From contig CBDBCF010000001.1 in NCBI GenBank assembly GCA_965202985.1, forward strand, positions 1,824,001 through 1,888,000: 64,000 bases of DNA, given 5' to 3'. The notes beneath the pieces are model-generated. The model saw only the letters and a list, made by a program, of their open reading frames with translations. It ran no database searches and was not told the origin of the DNA. Position numbers and translations under genes: made by a program. Source of the stretch: Longimicrobiales bacterium (GTDB taxonomy: Bacteria > Gemmatimonadota > Gemmatimonadetes > Longimicrobiales > Gaopeijiaceae). Below are positions 60,416 through 64,000 of this stretch, piece by piece. Position 1 is the first letter of the stretch; each line of letters starts with the position of its first letter.

Positions 60416-61458
60416 AGAACGCACTCATGCGGCTTGCTCTCGCGGCGGTGGTCCTAGCGCCCAGCAATTCGACTGCCCAGGAGGCTGTGCCGCCGCCTAC
60501 GCCGCAGGAGGTCTTGGAACGACTGCGCGAAGACCGCATCACGGCCACGACGGACGCAGCCGCCATCCTCACGCAGCTGCACGAGCGACGGTCTCGTTCG
60601 GACCTGGACGCATTTGCCGACAGCCTCGTAGCACTGGCCGTCGCAGGCGAAGAGGACAGCCGACCAAGCGCAAGGCGAGCCTTGTCTGCACTAGCCTGGT
60701 CGTCCAGACCCGACGAACCGGGTGCGGCACCCTATGCGGGAGCCTACGATGCCCTGCACAAAATCTTTCGAGAAACAGCATCCGAAATCGTTCTTGCCGA
60801 CATGCTCGATGTCGATTCGCGTCGCGGGAAGGAGATCGTTCGCGCACTTCTTGCGCGGCACGGGGACGACGCCTGCATGGCCGACATGGCCCTTCGAAAC
60901 GCTCGGGACGGGGACACGATCGCCGAGGAACTCGGCGTTGAGCTGGGCGTCATCGATTCTCACTACTGCTTTGCCAAGTACCACGACTATCGGTACCGAG
61001 ACGTGTTGGCGCAGCTTAGAGAGGGGGAAGCGGAGGGCGCGGAGCGGGCCGTGGACATTCTGACCGCGAGAGCGTGGGGGAACCCCGAGTTCATCTTGGT
61101 CTTGTCCGACAGCCTGTTGGAGATGGCTGTCTCCGACGACGGCGCGTCGGCCGCCGCGGCTCGGGCGCTTGCTGTCCTGGAACGGTCGGCTCATCCCGTC
61201 CATGCCGACGCCGAGCCCTACGCCAACGCCTACCTGTACGTCGACATGGTCTTCCAAGTCACCGAGTCCCAGGCTGCTCTTGAGTCTCTTGTCGAGATTG
61301 ACCCGACACGGGCGCAGGCGCTCCTGACCGAGCTGGCGCAGCGGGACCAAGCGGTTGCCTGCAAGGCCCGTGCGGTCCTGGCGGGAACGACGGACGGTCC
61401 GCGTTTGCTGCGTGACTTGGAGGAACGAGGGGCGTTGACGTATCGGTGCGGCCCATGA
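60412..61458 (+). CDS. Secreted alpha-helical protein, paralogue 3 (candidate immunity protein)
   Basis: ATGA overlap with paralogue 2; 348 aa, colinear with paralogue 1. Confidence 0.8.
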   Translation: MKNALMRLALAAVVLAPSNSTAQEAVPPPTPQEVLERLREDRITATTDAAAILTQLHERRSRSDLDAFADSLVALAVAGEEDSRPSARRALSALAWSSRPDEPGAAPYAGAYDALHKIFRETASEIVLADMLDVDSRRGKEIVRALLARHGDDACMADMALRNARDGDTIAEELGVELGVIDSHYCFAKYHDYRYRDVLAQLREGEAEGAERAVDILTARAWGNPEFILVLSDSLLEMAVSDDGASAAAARALAVLERSAHPVHADAEPYANAYLYVDMVFQVTESQAALESLVEIDPTRAQALLTELAQRDQAVACKARAVLAGTTDGPRLLRDLEERGALTYRCGP

Positions 61459-61588
61459 AGAACGCACTCATGCGGCTTGCTCTCCCGGCGGTGATCCTGG
61501 TGGCCGACACCTCGGCCGCCGAGGAGACTGCGCCCCCGCCGACGCCGTAGGAGGTCTTGGAAAGAGACTGCGCGAAGGCCACATCGGA
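61455..61588 (+). pseudogene. Paralogue 4, 5' remnant
   Basis: MKNALMRLALP...PPTP* (CAG to TAG at 61548); homology ends near 61588. Confidence 0.8.
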
Positions 61589-61714
61589 CCAGCTCTTCCT
61601 GGTCGGAGTTGGGGGCGACAGCCTCATGGCCGCACGATGCCGCCAGGAACGCCAACACCATCGCGCCCCACAACATTCCAACGCCACTCTCGCACCGAGT
61701 GATTGGCGCTCTCG

Positions 61715-62431
61715 TCAGGCGGTGGAGTCGGGTTCGTCCCCTGGCGTGGTCAGCATCCTCTCAATTGCCCGGCCCACACAAGCGGCTCCGCCCCTCCGGC
61801 GAACCACAGTCGGCGGAGCTCCCATCGCCCGCCGCACCGTCCGTCGGTAGTTGGCCGAATCCGAGAAGCCCAGGGCCGTCGCCGCGACCCCCGAAGGCTG
61901 GTCGCTCCATTCGGCCAGTCGCTCGACCGTGTAGATGCGCCCCAAGTCGATCAGCTTCTTGGGAGTGGGGATGCCCAAGGCGGCGCAGCGGCGGATCAGC
62001 GCCCAGTGGGACAGTCCCAAGTCCGTCGCCAGGTCCGGCACCCTGCACGGAGCGAAAGATTGATCCAGGACTCGATTCATGATCCGACAGGCTTCGGCCT
62101 CGGCGTGCTTGCGCATCCGAGCCCGCAAGAGGCGAGGCCGTTCGGGATCGATGCCCTCCAGCACGACGCGCTCGACGGCTTGCAGCGAGTCTTGCGCCCC
62201 GAGCCGCAGCACGACCGCGAACGCAGGAGGCGAGCCGAGGCCCGCCGGGAACGAACCATCGACGATCACCGGCGACGCGGGATGGCGTTGGGCAAGGTCC
62301 TTCAACTCGCGCCAGCTGCCAGCGAAGACGACGGGTCCGACGATCGGCGAGATGGAACTCGCGTTAGCGACCATCTGGACCCTCCGGCGAAAGTGCCGAG
62401 TGCCGGAGAGGGCGAGCAAGGGTGGCGGCAC
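61715..62431 (-). CDS. AraC-type HTH transcriptional regulator
   Basis: VPDLATDLGLSHWALIRRC...PTP and VAATALGFSDSANYRRTVRRAMG double HTH. Confidence 0.8.
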   Translation of the reverse strand: MPPPLLALSGTRHFRRRVQMVANASSISPIVGPVVFAGSWRELKDLAQRHPASPVIVDGSFPAGLGSPPAFAVVLRLGAQDSLQAVERVVLEGIDPERPRLLRARMRKHAEAEACRIMNRVLDQSFAPCRVPDLATDLGLSHWALIRRCAALGIPTPKKLIDLGRIYTVERLAEWSDQPSGVAATALGFSDSANYRRTVRRAMGAPPTVVRRRGGAACVGRAIERMLTTPGDEPDSTA

Positions 62432-62437
62432 GTCCGC

Positions 62438-63082
62438 TTACAGATCGTCGTGGAACTTCTCGAGCAGCGACTCGCCCTGAAGCTTCAAGACGGCTCGGCG
62501 CACCAAGTTCGCCACCGTTGCCGGTCTGACCCCCATGAATTGTGCGGCCTCCACGTTGCTCCAGCCTTCCATTGCGGTCAGCCTCAAGGCCTCGCCCTCT
62601 CGGCCGGGCAGCCGGTTCAGCGCGTCGGCGACGGCCCGCTCCAACGCCCGGCGCTGGGCCTCGTCGTCCAACGCCGAACCGTCGTCGACCAGCTCCCGCC
62701 CCTCTGCGAAGTCCGTCGTCCGAGCTGCTGCCTTGGCGTCCTTGCGCGCCCGGGAGTTGCGATAGTTCTTCGCTGCGGCGACCAGCCAAGGCCCAAACGG
62801 AGTCCCGGCGGTGCAGTGGTGCAGCCGCGGCAAGATGTGGATCCAGAAGTCCTGAACGATGTCTACCAAGTGGTGACGGTCCACGGCGAACCGCCCAAAT
62901 ATCGTCTCGAGCACAGGGCCGTACGCCTTCGCGACACGGGTTACCTCGCTCGGGTCCCGGGCTCCCAGGAGTTCCAAGTCAACGTCTAGGGCGGGCAGCT
63001 CGCGCATGGCCCAATCTTGCAGGTGGCCCTCGTCGCTTGGCAAGCCCATGCGGCTCCAAAGTCGGTGAAGATGGTCCTGCAA
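62438..63082 (-). CDS. ECF-type sigma-70 factor
   Basis: Region 2 DIVQDFW...FGPWL; region 4 ALNRLPGREGEALRL...GWSNVEAAQFMGVRPATV; exact start uncertain. Confidence 0.88.
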   Translation of the reverse strand: MQDHLHRLWSRMGLPSDEGHLQDWAMRELPALDVDLELLGARDPSEVTRVAKAYGPVLETIFGRFAVDRHHLVDIVQDFWIHILPRLHHCTAGTPFGPWLVAAAKNYRNSRARKDAKAAARTTDFAEGRELVDDGSALDDEAQRRALERAVADALNRLPGREGEALRLTAMEGWSNVEAAQFMGVRPATVANLVRRAVLKLQGESLLEKFHDDL

Positions 63083-63205
63083 AAAATCGACCTACATTTT
63101 CGAACGGCTGAGAGCGTCTACCTGGATGTAGGGCGCAAGAACCGGGGAGACCGGCCGGCTACCGGCTCTTCGGGAATCGACAACTCCATCCTATGGAGGT
63201 ACGCC

Positions 63206-63409
63206 ATGCTCCACCTGCTGAAGCGCGTGTGGGTAGTGTCCAGCTGGGCACTTGCCCTCGTCGCGCTGGTCCTGTCGCCGCTGGCCTCCGCCAGCGACGA
63301 CTGCGAGATCACGTGCGAGAAGTGCGTGATCGACCTCCGTGAGGGCACGGCCGAGTGCTCCGACTGCACCGTCTCCGGTTGCGAGTTCGCAATCGGAGGA
63401 CCGGCGTAG
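63206..63409 (+). CDS. Small secreted 6-Cys peptide (67 aa)
   Basis: GGAGGT RBS; signal peptide ending ASA; mature part SDDCEITCEKCVIDLREGTAECSDCTVSGCEFAIGGPA. Confidence 0.75.
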   Translation: MLHLLKRVWVVSSWALALVALVLSPLASASDDCEITCEKCVIDLREGTAECSDCTVSGCEFAIGGPA

Positions 63410-63514
63410 TCGGGGCACGCACGGCAAGCCCCACGGACCCGATGGGTCGGAGAGTCGGAGTTCTCCGGCCCCTCGGGGCGACCCTAAACGACAACGAAAG
63501 CTGGGGGCAACAGA

Positions 63515-64000
63515 ATGAAGCGAGCATCCGGTTGGACAACCATGGCAGCGACTGTCTTCGTGGTTGCGATGGCGTGGCAGCTCTTCTCCGTCAAGCGGAA
63601 CAACGGCGTCCTACGGTCGGCAGTTCGGAGCGGCTTGGTCGACTTCGTACTCGGGCGAGCGGTGCCGCCGATGCCCGTAGCCGGGGCGTCCGGCTCCGGC
63701 GAATTGTCGCGGGAATGCGACGGCAAGCAGGGCCTCCTCGTCTACTTCGTTCGAACAGACTGCCCGTTCTGCCAAGCCCTGATGCCGCGTTGGCATCGCT
63801 CGACGGCAGATGCCGGAGGGAAGGCGCTCGTGGCTCACGTGGGCGCGGTGCCTTCCTCGGGCCAGGTGCTGCCCCATGATTTGACGGTGTCGGGAACCGA
63901 TGTGGCGACATACCTGCAGTTGCGACGCGTGCCCGCGATCGTCCGCGCCGACGAGGAATGCCGGATCGTCGCGGCCGGAGCAGGCTTCGCGGCGGCGGAA
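63515..64000 (+). CDS. Membrane-anchored thioredoxin/TlpA-like CxxC protein (3'-truncated; absent from the ORF track)
   Basis: MKRASGWTTMAATVFVVAMAWQLF...LLVYFVRTDCPFCQALMPRW...LRRVPAIV; frame open to the window end. Confidence 0.75.
   Translation, partial: MKRASGWTTMAATVFVVAMAWQLFSVKRNNGVLRSAVRSGLVDFVLGRAVPPMPVAGASGSGELSRECDGKQGLLVYFVRTDCPFCQALMPRWHRSTADAGGKALVAHVGAVPSSGQVLPHDLTVSGTDVATYLQLRRVPAIVRADEECRIVAAGAGFAAAE

Noticed and set aside
58487..61588. Diversity-generating retroelement template/variable repeats
   Set aside because: No reverse transcriptase in the window; differences are not adenine-specific and span whole genes.

Overview
High-GC bacterial window. The gene set (SusC/SusD pair, Oar-type TonB receptor, VPS10/BNR protein, CarboxypepD_reg proteins, giant cadherin autotransporter) suggests a Gemmatimonadota-like, possibly host- or sponge-associated organism; this is an inference only. 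In order, the window holds: a 5'-truncated adhesin of at least 6.5k aa (41 alternating Ig-like repeats, 5 cadherin repeats, C-terminal beta-barrel); a SusCD pair; a barrel-less plug protein and a lipoprotein; an RnfD/NqrB-like protein with Sel1-like repeats; an SGNH hydrolase split by a complete ISL3 (8-bp target duplication); an amidohydrolase, ligA, a Ca/Na antiporter, a class III aminotransferase and phhB; a 17-gene tRNA array with no encoded CCA; a bi-domain oxidoreductase and wecB; one ORF fusing NDT-like, ATP-cone and DUF2103-like domains to a TonB-dependent receptor; VPS10, DUF4153 and DUF4097 genes; an HExxH lipoprotein followed by four tandem paralogues, two of them decayed; and AraC and ECF sigma genes divergent from a secreted 6-Cys peptide and a CxxC thioredoxin. 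The best candidates for undescribed systems are the NDT/ATP-cone-receptor fusion, the lipoprotein toxin/poly-immunity-like array and the Cys-rich peptide locus. Domain names come from motif recognition by eye; no database search was run.
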